Assembly (NCBI GenBank): GCA_964199315.1
Contig: OZ116699.1
Span: 16,988,001-17,052,000 of the forward strand
Origin: Orbicella franksi
Lineage: Eukaryota
DNA: 64,000 nt
Reading direction: 5' to 3'
The position numbers and the translations under genes are program-made. This document shows, in pieces, positions 12,501 through 24,624 of this stretch; the stretch's first letter is position 1; the number at the start of each line of letters is the position of its first letter. The notes beneath the pieces were generated by a model that saw only the letters and a list, made by a program, of their open reading frames with translations, searched no databases and was not told the origin of the DNA.

Positions 12501-15500
12501 TTCCTTCCTCCCTGAGAAGAGTTTGGGGAAGGATTCCATGCTCCTCCCCTGAACAGTGGCTGGTAATCGAGCCTAATAAGGCAACAGTGTTTAGTATATG
12601 TTATCAACTTATCTCTGAATGTACAACTTCTTGAGGGTGTTCTGTGATTCTTATGCCTAATTGTACATTTTAGGAATGTTTTGAGGGTGGTCATGATTAT
12701 GAGCAATGGTTCATGTTTTGGCAAGATGCAGTCAAGCTAAAATTTCAGCGATGAGACCAAACAAGCCTAGTATGCCACCAAAAGGTCACTTTTAATCACT
12801 TTATCTTATCAGTTATCAGTTCTGATAATTCTGAAAAACAATCTCATAGCAGATAAGTAGCATCTGTCAATCACTCACCTGAGCTCCAATCCCAATGCGT
12901 CCTTCATTGAGACAGTCAATGGCATACTTGTAACCATGACCAACTTGACCTAAAACTGAACTTGCAGGAACCTGTAGTCAGAGTAAATGGTAAAAATCAA
13001 TATTAAAAAAACCCTGAACACTGACAGTTCAGAAGTTATACTATACTTTCTCATAGTGCAAGTTAAGAATATCATCTCTATGTTTCCTGTAGTTGTTTCC
13101 TTATTAGTGCCTTGTGTTTCTTGTTCCCAAGAACATAAAACATTATTTTTATAACCGGATGTTGGTTTGATCAGCTTATTTATACTGCTTATAAGCCTCC
13201 CCTCGCCAATTTATAAGCCCAACCAAAACCCCTTATAAAGTTGTATAAGCTCAGAGCTTAACACCAGAATTTTAAGGTATAAAGAAACCCAACAAATATA
13301 AGATGTATTAACATCGCAGAACAACATTGCAAAACGTATGTACTTTTTACAGTGCTTTTTACAGTGTTAATAATCACATTAGGATGAAACAAATCTTTTC
13401 ATCATTGGCTTTGATTACTATATCGAGGTCACTGGAAGCAAGTGGTAACTGGAAGCAAGTTGCTGGAAACCACTTGAAACATTTCTCACCTTTACATTGT
13501 CAAAGTTTACTGGACAAGTTGATGATGCTCTTATTCCAAGCTACAGAATTAAAACAGAAAAGTATGAGACAAGGGGAATTGTAGTTATAACAGTCGCCAT
13601 CCATGATTATTTAAGTTTTGATAAAACAATTGCAAGTTGTCCTGAAGAAACAAACTGGACCACTTGTTTAATAAATCAGGATGAACAATTCAGTTTATCT
13701 GGACCTCAACAAAGTAAAACTTAATATTAAGAAAAAATTAAAGACAAATACTTATGCTGGTAATTAGCCCATTATGTATATTTCTCATTTATTTTTGTTT
13801 TATTTAAAGACAGCCACATAAACATGAATAAAATGAAATTAGATTCTTCATCACTCTCCCAAACCTAGTTTAGTGTTAAAACAGAGAAACAAACAAACCT
13901 TGTCTTCCTTTTTGCCAAGTGAAAGCCCTTCAGTTTCTTTTGGGACTACAAATGTTGTAATCCCTTTGTATCCCTTCAAAAAAACAATAATCCATAATTA
14001 ACTAAAAAGGCTGGTCAGTACCAATGCTCCCCATAATCCCACCTATTTTTCAGTCCATCAGTTTAGTAAAGTTCAGGAAAATCCTCCCGAAAAGGTAATC
14101 TGGGTTGATGGTTCATGTATATTCAACTCCCTTCTCCTTGTTGTCATATCTATTTGTTGCACTAATAGAACAAATCAGTCTTGTGAAGTGTTGATTAAAT
14201 CATTAAAAGCAGCCAGAAATGAAGTATTTCACAAGTCTTGATTCACTCTGAGGAAAAACTGGCCAACAGGTTATAAGAGCAACTACATTGGCCCTTAAAA
14301 AGTAAAGGTATACAGTAGACATAAAAATTACATTTTCTACCTTTTCTGGTGCAACATTGGCAAAAACAAAAAACACTCCTGCATGTTCGGCATTGGTGAT
14401 CCACATTTTGGAGCCATTGATTACATAGAAGTCTCCCTTCTTTTCAGCTTTGGTCTTAAGAGCAAAGGCATCACAACCAGAGCCAACCTCAGAAAGGCAA
14501 AAACTTCCAACCTTGAAAGATGGGGTTAGACAACAACATTTCATTTAATAATCAATTGCTATATAGCATCTCAATCTGAACAATCCTGTAATGTTAGGAA
14601 ATTCAGAACTTTGCTATTGATCATTGTGGTCTATCCTGGCTTATGACAAAACTCTGTTTAAACATAGTAATAACTCATAGTGAGAAGAATTACCGATTAA
14701 TAAGTTAAAGGATGTTCATGTTGTTAAAATAAAGATGTTCGATCTGATTTGTTAGCCTGAGGACTTGAATTAATTGTAAATGGCTCTTTAACTTGCATGA
14801 ATCTGCTATGTTTAACGACAGTCACCTTGTGGTTAGTCATGGGCAACATCTGACATTCTAAGTAATATGCCATGGATGTGCTACTGTATATCCTTGATAC
14901 ACTATATGCATATCTCTAGAACAGAGTCTAAGTTGGCAACATTTGCCACTGAAAACAGCATTCTCTATTCAGTCAACAATATATTATTTACCATATTCTC
15001 TGCTAGTCTGGGTAAATACTGCTCTTTCTGTTGAGGCGTTCCGTACTTTCTAAACAGTGTGACAATTAAGGTATTCTGGACATCGCACATCACACTGACA
15101 GCTGGATCAATTTTGGCCAGTTCTTCAACAACAAGGCAGGACATAAAGAATGACGAGTCTGTTCCTCCATACTCAGCTTCCACTTCAATTCCCATTAACT
15201 ACAAAGACAAGGAAAATAACAGGAATCAGTTCAGTAATTGACATTAAATTGGTTGACAAGGTGTTCATCATCCACACATTCTCCTTACAATACCATTACC
15301 AAGGTCAAGCAGAGTTTACTGACAGATTCACCAACTGACCATCTGATCAACCAACCAACCGGTTGATCAAATGACTGGGAGTAGATGGTGATTATCATTG
15401 GCAGCTTGTTGCTTTTGACAATCCTGCTAAGAAATTGATTGATTGATTGATTGATTGATTGACTGACTGACAGATACATGGATATTTGCATGATTAGCTG

Positions 15501-18059
15501 AATAACAGATTTACTAACTCACTGACATACTGACTGATTGACAGACTGATAGATTAACTGACTTACTGATGGCCAACAGATTGACTAACAAATAGATTGG
15601 CTGACTGATCACCTTGTTGACTGACCTTTGAACCACCTGACCTTAACTGAATAAACAACTTACTCACCAACTAACAATTTTTTGACTGATCAATCAATTA
15701 CTAACTAATGGAGTTACTAATTAATCGACTGACAGTGACTGTTAATGGATTGTATGATGGATGTAGTTAATTAATTAAATTAATTTGTAAACTATTTCTT
15801 TAATTTTTTTACTCCTATATTGCAAATAGAGATGACAAGACTGGAGGTCAACTTGAAAACCTGATGGTTCATTTAGCCTCTAAAATCATTGATAACTATG
15901 CAGTTAAATAATTCACACTACCCAAGAGACAGACAGACATACAGACAGATCAACTGACTGACCAATTCATACTCAAAAACTTACTCCTTGTTCAAACATG
16001 CCCCTGATCACTGATGGATCCATCTCTGAATTCTTGTCCATTTCTGGGACTAAAGGCTGGATTTTTTCCATTGCAAACTTAGCAACTAGAAAGAAAATTA
16101 AATAACAGGTTTTTACTGACAAAATATTTGAAAATAATTTCATGCATCCCTTTCTTGATGGTGATTTGACTGACAAACTGTGTCTTGGTATACTTACCTG
16201 AGGGAATGGAACTGCTAACATACAGCTTTTTGTCCTTTTTTTCTTCTTTTTAGATTTAGGGCTGCGCCTCGCATGGAATACTTTCCCGTTCATGCAATCC
16301 CTTTTGGTCTTAACATTTTATTTCTTATTGATTTGCTATATATGTACATATTAACCTATGAGAACAATAAAGTTGATAGATTAGGTTAGACACTAAGACT
16401 GTTTATTTGATAAACAGTTACATGTAGATAGATAATAGTGGAATCCTATAGGCACTGCCCCATTATAAACAACGCTATTTTCTGAAATCTCAACTCTCAA
16501 GAAGAGTCAAACATTTACAGAGACTGGAAATCATATAGGGTTTTCACATTTGACCTCTGCAAAATCACAATAATTTTACCTGTTTCCTTCATCATTTCTT
16601 CCTCTTCAGAAAGCATTGTCAGTGGTCCAGTTACAAATGATTTAGATAAATCTTCTGACAAACGACTTGCTTCTGTGGTCAAACATCGGCCAAGCCAATG
16701 AGGCAAGTGTCTTCCAGTAATGCATTTCTTGATGCCAGTTGGTAATGACCTCAAAGGCCTCACAACTGATGGCAACATCTAGTATCATTATAATTTGTAT
16801 TAGAAACAGCAAAACAATTTTAGTAGCCTGATCAACTATTCCCTTAGGAAAGAACTTCAAACTAAAAGTGACAGGGGTAATTACGGTGCTTTCAATGAGA
16901 TAATTTTTGAAGTAGGTGGTTTCCTGGTACAGCACCAGTCAGGGAGTAATAAGAGACCCATAACAACTTCCTCCAAGGGTTAAGGGTCCAATGATTGAAA
17001 ACAATATCTGCCAGAGCTCAGGTAGCTGTTAAGTCTTATTAAAAGCACTGTAACCATCAGAAATGTTCAAAGGAAACACTTCAGCAAACCAGAACCTAAA
17101 TTGTTTCCTTCCATTCCCAATAGAGCTTCTTAAACTTTGCACAAATGCCTTGTGATCACAGTGCTTTTAATCAGACCAGCAGATACGGGAGCTTTAGCAG
17201 GTAACATGAACTGTTTTACAAATTCAGTTTTACTCCCAAGATGTACCACTAAGAGGTAGTTCCTGTTACCCCGAATGGTGATCTAATTGTGACGAGTCTA
17301 TTAACAGTACTGAGGCACAAAAATTTCTTGCCTATGATTTGACAATTCCATTATTTCTTTGTACAAACAGTACTACTTGTTGGCATTTACTCCAAACTAA
17401 CCACTACATGGAGAATGCACGAATATAATCTCTGTAGTGTTTCATCATCTCAGTTTGGAACTGACCCTCTTGAATCTCACACGTCTTGTGCAATATGAAA
17501 TTAGCACAAGGTGAAATTCTGGTTATATTCTTCATTGCTTTACTTAGGATTATTAAAAAATATAAGAAATCAACATGACATATACGAGTTATTGACACGT
17601 TCAAGGTAAAATGAATGTTTTAAAAACAGTCAGCCGAGTATAACTTGCCCTCCCTCTATCATGGAACTTTTAGTGAGGGGTAACCTATGACTGAAAATAC
17701 ATGTACTTTATCACGACTAATCACGGAACAGTTTAAACACAGCAAAGAGAGAAAAAGACTAAAATGACATGGAAATTAAAGTTTAAAACAAAAATCACAG
17801 ATTTTAAACCTATATAGCCCAATCCCATGGTGAGTCATTTTAAACTCATAGCTACTTATGTAAGCCCTCGCGGGTCGATCAACTTTGGACGAGGTCATTC
17901 AACACAAAGCTGGGCCGTGTCGCGTAAAATTGTCCCTTGATTACTGGGTGACGGTTCCTTCTAAAGCCCACATCTTACGTTTGAATAATAATTCTTAACT
18001 CTAAACCTAAAGTGCACTAAAAAAGAAGGAAAACGGAAACAAACCTTGCAAAGCGCCAT
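9537..18059 (-). CDS. ACADSB: Short/branched-chain acyl-CoA dehydrogenase, mitochondrial; complete, 12 exons, 437 aa
   Basis: Exons 18045-18059, 16580-16778, 15985-16085, 14992-15198, 14341-14511, 13899-13973, 13490-13540, 12879-12971, 12225-12314, 11392-11529, 9944-10043 and 9537-9610 total 1314 nt in frame. Motifs: [92 protein letters not shown] and [11 protein letters not shown] (catalytic Glu). The N-terminus resembles a presequence. Confidence 0.97.
10799..10984. mobile_element. MITE (~186 bp) in an ACADSB intron
   Basis: Imperfect TIRs AGGCCATTTT...AAAAGGCCT, plus internal inverted blocks (gcctctgtttcaaaacgag versus ctcgtgctgaagcagagac). Confidence 0.6.
15320..15730. repeat. Decayed (GATT)n/(GACT)n microsatellite tract in an ACADSB intron
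   Basis: Pure GATT run at about 15437-15462, with degenerate ACTG/ACTA units on both sides. Confidence 0.8.
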
Positions 18060-18270
18060 TTTGTCACGACGTCACGTAACTCACGAAGATACGTTGCGTA
18101 AGGCAAACTGAATTGTCTTTCTCGTGTGCTGCGCGCGAAATAACTTCGTTCCCAGTTTCTCTCATAAATAAGGTTGCGCGCGATTGCGCGCGGAACTGCG
18201 CGCGTTGTGTTGAAATGGGTTTACTGAAGGGTTTGCTATGGTTTGAAGTTCAGTTGAGGATTTCTTAAAA
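18060..18270. promoter_or_regulatory. CpG-rich promoter of ACADSB, possibly bidirectional
   Basis: Dense CpG/GCGC cluster directly upstream of the ACADSB ATG (e.g. gtcacgacgtcacgtaac, gcgcgcg), against CpG-poor flanks. Confidence 0.5.
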
Positions 18271-18905
18271 ACGTGCAAAAGTTTACCACACTAATGAAGT
18301 TCTCCTTGCCAGAAGAGGATCGATTGCTTTGTAGTATTAAGACAGGCAAAAGGTTGCTATATGGCTTCACGATTCGGAGGAAAAAACCCGAAAAACCTTT
18401 GGAAAATGAAGGAAGTCGAGAATCGCGGAAACCCTATCATGCCCCGATCAAAGAAAAACGTCATCAAACGGCGCATCTTTGACTTGTTTTCTACGGGTTT
18501 CCCGGACTAGGGGCCTGCTATTCATCTAAATACGTGTTTTGGACCCTCTCTTTGCTCTTGAGAGACTAAAGTAGCCTTCTTGCACCTGTGAGTGAGAGCA
18601 AGTAAGTAACTTTATTAAGTGTTAATTGTTTTTGCGCCACTTGAGGGCTCTTTGCAGGGGTTGCAGAAAAACGCTTCTTTTAGCTCACTTCAGCATCACC
18701 TAAGCTTATTTTCATCTCATAAGCTTAAATTAGGCGAGAATACATTGGTCTCCCGCCTTGAATTGATTTTCAGCAATTCTGGACCTCAGAAACAGACTTG
18801 CAATGACACCCCCCGGGCAATGACAGCTCCTGCTGGCATTGTTTTCAGACCTCTTTTCAATGAAAGTAAGATTCCCACACTTATCGATTATTGATTCATC
18901 AGCAT

Positions 18906-19243
18906 CAATGGCCAAATTTACACTAAGAGACGAATTATCCTACGCTGAATTTATACTAGGAGACGATTTATCCATCTGAGATGATTTAGCTGTCTGAGAC
19001 GGATAGGTCGTCTAGGTATAAATCCAGTGTTAAGACAAATTATGTGGCCAAATTCATCTTCAACTGATTCAGCTGTCAGCGTGTCTTCACGACGTGCTGA
19101 CCGATGAATCAGCCGAAGATGAATTTGACCATGTATTTCATTTAAACACCACATTTATTCTTAGATGACTTAACCGTCTCAGGCAGACAAATTACCCATA
19201 TCAGAAGGATAATTATTCGTCTCTAATATAAGTTTGGCAATTG
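18906..19243. mobile_element. Foldback MITE (~340 bp)
   Basis: Left end caatggccaaatttacactaagagacgaattatcct is the imperfect inverse of the right end. An internal inverted pair also occurs (ccaaattcatcttc / gaagatgaatttga). Confidence 0.65.
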
Positions 19244-19562
19244 AGACTTCTTGTTGCACGTGGGAAGTTAAGAGAACAGAGTTGCTGGAGGTTGAGCCAA
19301 GAGCAACTTTTAGCTTCTTCAGTGTTCTCTAAACTTCCTGAGTGCATCTGATGCGTATCTAAAAACATGGCACTGTTTTATAACATTGTCAATGGAAATA
19401 AATGTATGATGATTACCAATCACTTGCAAGGTGAAGAAAATTTCTCTGGTGAAGCAAGACTTACATGATAAGCATGCATCATTGGATTGTGATGCATGCT
19501 CATGTGACAGAGCTTGACAGCACAGTTTTGCTAGTTATGTTATAACAGTAAATGTAACACAG

Positions 19563-19700
19563 GTAAGGTTTTGTCTGCATACAAGCCAAGTGGCCCTTCA
19601 GGCCAGTGCTTATCTCAGGTTTTAGTAGTACAAAATGACTAGGAGTATTTCTCCTCCTTCCTGGATGGGATGGTGGTCCATCGCAGGGTTACCCCCCAGC
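19563..19700 (-). mobile_element. 3' fragment of the same SINE family
   Basis: The reverse complement matches the SINE 3' half (ggtaaccctgcgatgg...cccatccagg...aaatactcct...gataag). Confidence 0.7.
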
Positions 19701-19716
19701 TTTCCAATAGTAAGCC

Positions 19717-20118
19717 TCGGGGGGGGGGGGGGGGCTTACTATTGGGTGGGGATGTGCAGCCCACTTTCCAAAACCCTTACTCTATTTATGACCGAAATCT
19801 ACGTTTTTTGCTACCCTATTTATGACCTGTCCAAAAATTCGAAAGCCTAGTTATGATCGTTGTGGCTGACACAGTTGCCCCAAACATAAGTTATGAACGG
19901 CTTTTGTCAACGGTTTTATCGATAAAGATGAAAAGGTAGCTTCTCGTAAGAAACATACCCAATTCAAGACTAGAGTGCTAAAACCATACCTACTTATAAC
20001 CAAAATGGCCAAAATCAATACCCTATTTATGACCAAAATGGCTGAAAAACCCTACCCTTTGGGGGCCGCACATACCTATATAGCCCATATATGGGAATAC
20101 CTCCCCCCCCCCCCCCCG
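19717..20118. mobile_element. Non-autonomous DNA element with poly-G/poly-C termini and a 9-bp TSD
   Basis: The direct repeat TAGTAAGCC at 19708-19716 and 20119-20127 flanks the element. Internal repeats of ccctatttatgacc are present. Confidence 0.7.
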
Positions 20119-23100
20119 TAGTAAGCCCACCCAGGGACTAGAAAAACAACCTCCCAAATATGGCATATAGCCGGGAGAACTTTGATCTCTTCAAAAAATA
20201 TACAGTTATCAGTCAACCATCCTTAGTTTAAGTGAAAGTGATAGCGTTTGTTACAATTTACAATTGCGATGTAAGTGTTGACAATACAATAAGTTTCACT
20301 CTTAGAAATGGCGCAACAAAAATGAATTAACAGTTACAAAACCCAGCGAGACAAAGATCTAGACACCAGACTACATTTTTTTTTCAATTCTGCTAACATT
20401 CCACTTTATTTTAAACAGTTAATTATAAATTAAAGTAAATGAACTTTAGATTTACAGCATAGTTTGAACAATGTATTTCAACATTCCAAATTTATCTCAT
20501 TTCTGTTGGTTATGATTTAGAGAAAAATGTTGTTCTTAGATTTGATTTTGTAGTTTTTGCTGCCAAATACAGAAGGATCAGTTCCTACGTTCTGTGAAAA
20601 GAAACAAATTAATGACTTGGAACTTCCAAAACTCTTGATTCATTACAGCATTAGCAAGTTAGCAAGCTTTGTTAGGCTATATGTGAAGAGAAGCTGGGCA
20701 TAAGGTTATGATCAAAGCGCTGGTGATCAAGAAGAATACGGATGTTCCAAGTTTTGCTTCAGTTCATTTTTGTACATCAGTCACTTGCTGGAAAAAATGT
20801 TTTGTATATTTATTATGGAACTTGATTAAAAGTGGTATTGTCATGCATTATTGAGAAATTGTATTTCACGTAATTTTCCTGGGAGTGGATTTTAGAGGAA
20901 CAAATTGCAGTGGTATATCAGATGGTTTGTTTCTGGTTCATTTTGGAATATTGTACCAAACTTCTTCAAAGCTGTAACAATATAATAAGCTGGTACAAAA
21001 CTTGGACCGGGTCAACTTGTATGGCTGATTTGAATGAGAATGGCAAGTACTGGGTATGCCTTGTTCTTGAATAGTTGCCATTCTTATTTAAATCAGCTAT
21101 TGTCCTAGTTCTGATTTGCTAATTGTATTGTAGTGCATTTGTTGTAATGGGTCATTCTTGCTTTGCTTTTACAACACTTAACTGAAACCACTCCACACAA
21201 TAGAAAAAATTCTAAATGTGTTAAAAGCAGTAACAAATAGCAATACTTGAAAAAGCTACAATACCAAGACATGCACATGGGCATGTATTTAATCTGAATT
21301 CTTTTAAGATAAGGCGAGCATTGGTGATGTCATAACTTACTTCTCATAGTGATTCTGAAACCTCTTATTGCTATCAAAAAGGTAATAACATCTTTGAGTT
21401 TGCCAAACAAAATGTAATTTTTAAATAAATTTATGATGGCACATTATGATGACATAGACAAAGATTTCCTAATTGAAGTTATCAACTTCCGTTGGTTTAA
21501 AACTGCAAAGATCGCTTTTATGTACAGTCTTAAGTGACGAAAAATCTTTGAAACCTCTGTCAGTTTCAACCTACACAGCAATTTAGAATATGTTATTATT
21601 GGTCATGCGGGTACAGTAGCCCTAGACCACTGCATTAGAGAAGTTGCATGGATTTTGAAAGTGATGATCAAGCCACCACTTAAAGTGTACAATGTTGTGC
21701 ATGTATAATCAGCTCAAATTATGAATTTTAAGTGTAAAAGACTTGTGATTGGAAGTTGCCGGAAGCTTTCTTGAGTACTGTCACTGACCTCCATAAAAAT
21801 GTATTTGTAAGAACCATCTCAAGGAAATACCTGGATCCGTGGGGTGTTTAGTATGACTGGTTTTCATGAGAAATAGTGTGAGCTTCACATAACCTTGTGA
21901 GAGGTCAAAGGAATGATGCAGCTAGTTCATATAAGGATCGGTAGTCTGAGGTCTTGACTTGGTCAAATTTTAGGAGGACATCGGTCCTTGTATGTGTCAC
22001 GATTAAAACAGTTATTAAGCAAGAATGCAGCCTAATTATAGAGGGGTCCATCTTTAAGGTCGGTACAAAAAGGTCCTTAATCTTGTTAGAATTAGCTGTT
22101 ACATGGAGCAAGTTAAGGACCTCTGTACTTCTTCCATTATGATGGACAGGACACAAACTTAAAACTTAATCAAAACCTCAGAACACTGATCTTCATCTAA
22201 GATTTTCATCGTTCAAAACTTTTTGAGTAAATAAGTGAAGTGGCAGACATACTGATCGAATTATTTTTGGTTTTGCCAATCGTGCACAATATTTTTCACA
22301 TGTTAATTTGCTAAAGCTGAGCTGCATCCCCCTTTGCCTGAGGGTAACTGAATGTAGTATTTTAAGTTTTCATGATCTCATGAGTAAAAATAAACACAGA
22401 TGGGAAAGGTGTCATATAGCAACTACATGATAAAACATGTCTCCTTGAACTGGTGCAGGCAAATACTCTTTTCATGGAGGCGAATGAATATTTTGGGGAA
22501 TTGCTGTGATTAAGTAACCTTTAATGTTTTTACAATTTGTTTTTCTTTTTACTTTGGGCCAAATATTCATGCCAAATTCTACAGAATATTTTTGATAAAT
22601 TTGGTACATACTTTAATGCAGTGGCTCCTGAGGACTCCTGGCAATGATGCAAGATAAGCAAACAAGGTTCACATTTTTGAGGATTGTACCAAAACAAAAA
22701 TTTAATTATGTAGCTGACTATAAAAAGACTGACACTGTCCAAGTGGTTTTGAAACTAACAGAGGCTCAATTGTTTTATGAAAACTATTTTGTTTTTGTTT
22801 TCGGTCAAAGTTCTGCTGAGCATTACAAATGTTGAAACCAGTCTGAAAAGTGATATAACACTGAAATCACATTTTATGGAAAAAAAGCCTCAACTGATAT
22901 GTGATAGACTGCTTGATTCTTCAAGCATTGTATTGTGCTTCCTATGAAAAAAGGAGAATTTGGTATGAGATCAAGGGTCACTTAATATAGGGCTGTTTTT
23001 ATAGCAGCCCTTCAATTTTTACATTTAATTTCGGAGAGAGTTCATTATTAGACTAAGGCTAAATGTTCATCATGGTTTATTAGAGTTGTTTTACTCTGAC

Positions 23101-24211
23101 GGTCTCCCAATTGTCACTTATATGTTCAAAGTTCTTTTCTGTGGTTTGCTGTCCTTCATTGTGATTCTTGAATAGGCTGAGATACTAAGCATTAATGTCC
23201 TTGTCAGTTTGACCAAAATGGCTGAAGAAACATGGTCCATTGTAATAAGCCCTGTTGATCCATTCTGCCTTTATTGCCATCTTGCAGGCATTTATTTGAA
23301 ATTATCTTTGGTTGTAACTAACCTTCCTCCACACAGTTTATAGTTTAATGCCCAGTGGTTTTGCTTGCTTGCCTGCCAATGCAACTTGTCACTTGTGGGG
23401 GTTTAAAAATTGCTGGGAAGTGTCCAAGGTACATTTTTGATGTACAAAGTAATGTAAGTTGCAGATGACCGTAAAGAAGACTCGTTTGTGGGAGGAAATT
23501 ATCCTGAAAACCAGAAAAAAGGACGTTTAATTATAATAATCAGTTGACAGTTTAAACTGCAGTTATACAGCTACACTCACTGTGCACAACTCAGCTATGA
23601 TGTCAAATTCAGTATTCCCTTATTCTTGATTGCCTCTTGGAACCATTCACAAGATATTCAACAGCACTTAATAGTCCAAAACTTGAAATTTTAAGACACC
23701 TTATTGTATGCCATGGATTTCTTTTATTTTTGAGCTCTGAAAATTTGGTAGTGTGGTTGTTTAATTCCTGTTTTCAGCATAGAAGCAAAGAAAGTCTCCA
23801 TACCTTGTAAAATTATTGAATGCGGATGTTATTTTTCACTCAGGTAGAGCCCCTTGTCCATCTTGTTGCGCTCTTTTGCAACGTTAGTGCAAGCATATTG
23901 TAGACTTGGAAAAACAGAGGTAATAGACAAGGAATTAATGTTTTTGTCGTCAAGGACATCCAGCACTGAAAAAGAACAACAACAATGTAAGACAAATGCA
24001 ATGGGTAGTATTATCTGCAGGATGCATATAATACCAACCATTCACTATAAGGTACCAAAAATATAATATAAACTTTTATTTGTATAAGTTAAAAACTTTG
24101 TCAGTAAATCTTGTATTAGACAACACAGATTAAGTCAGGAAGTGCAACTCTTAGAAAATACAATGTAGTCACTCACATTTGTACTTCTTTATTGGTATTC
24201 CTTCTTTATTA

Positions 24212-24385
24212 GCGCCAGTTAAGAAGATAAGGCAAGAACCAAGGCACGACCGGCTCGTGTAAGGCTTTTAATCAAACTGGGATAAAACTAACAGCCGAGT
24301 AACAGTAACAATATGGCGGACGCCACACTACGAACAACAGAAAAAACGCATGCTGAGTCCTAGTACCGCTGACCGGTACTGGCGT
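24212..24385 (-). repeat. 3' LTR of the Gypsy element
   Basis: 24213-24385 matches 28415-28587 at 170 of 173 positions. Confidence 0.93.
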
Positions 24386-24387
24386 GA

Positions 24388-24405
24388 CTTCTTTCTTCTT
24401 GTTTC
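24388..24405 (-). promoter_or_regulatory. Polypurine tract
   Basis: The minus strand reads AAACAAGAAGAAAGAAG, 2 nt upstream of the 3' LTR. Confidence 0.7.
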
Positions 24406-24624
24406 ATAAGTCTTTTCAACGCAGTAAATACATAAAGTAAAAAGGGGCATAGTATGCCACATAACAGGAACCGAGAACATAGTGGAATGTACTTGACGCT
24501 AACCTATATGCAAGGAAAAGTCAGAGTTCAGTGACATAGTCTACAAAATGCGTAGGAGGACGGCGGACACGTGAGGATCTCCGTTGGTCAGGAGTGGGAG
24601 GGTCTGCTGACATGACTGTGTTTT

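Noticed and set aside
16190-16200. ATACTTACCTG, identical to the U1 snRNA 5' end
   Set aside because: The following sequence does not resemble U1. It is the reverse complement of a consensus donor inside an ACADSB intron, with no good upstream acceptor for a cassette exon.
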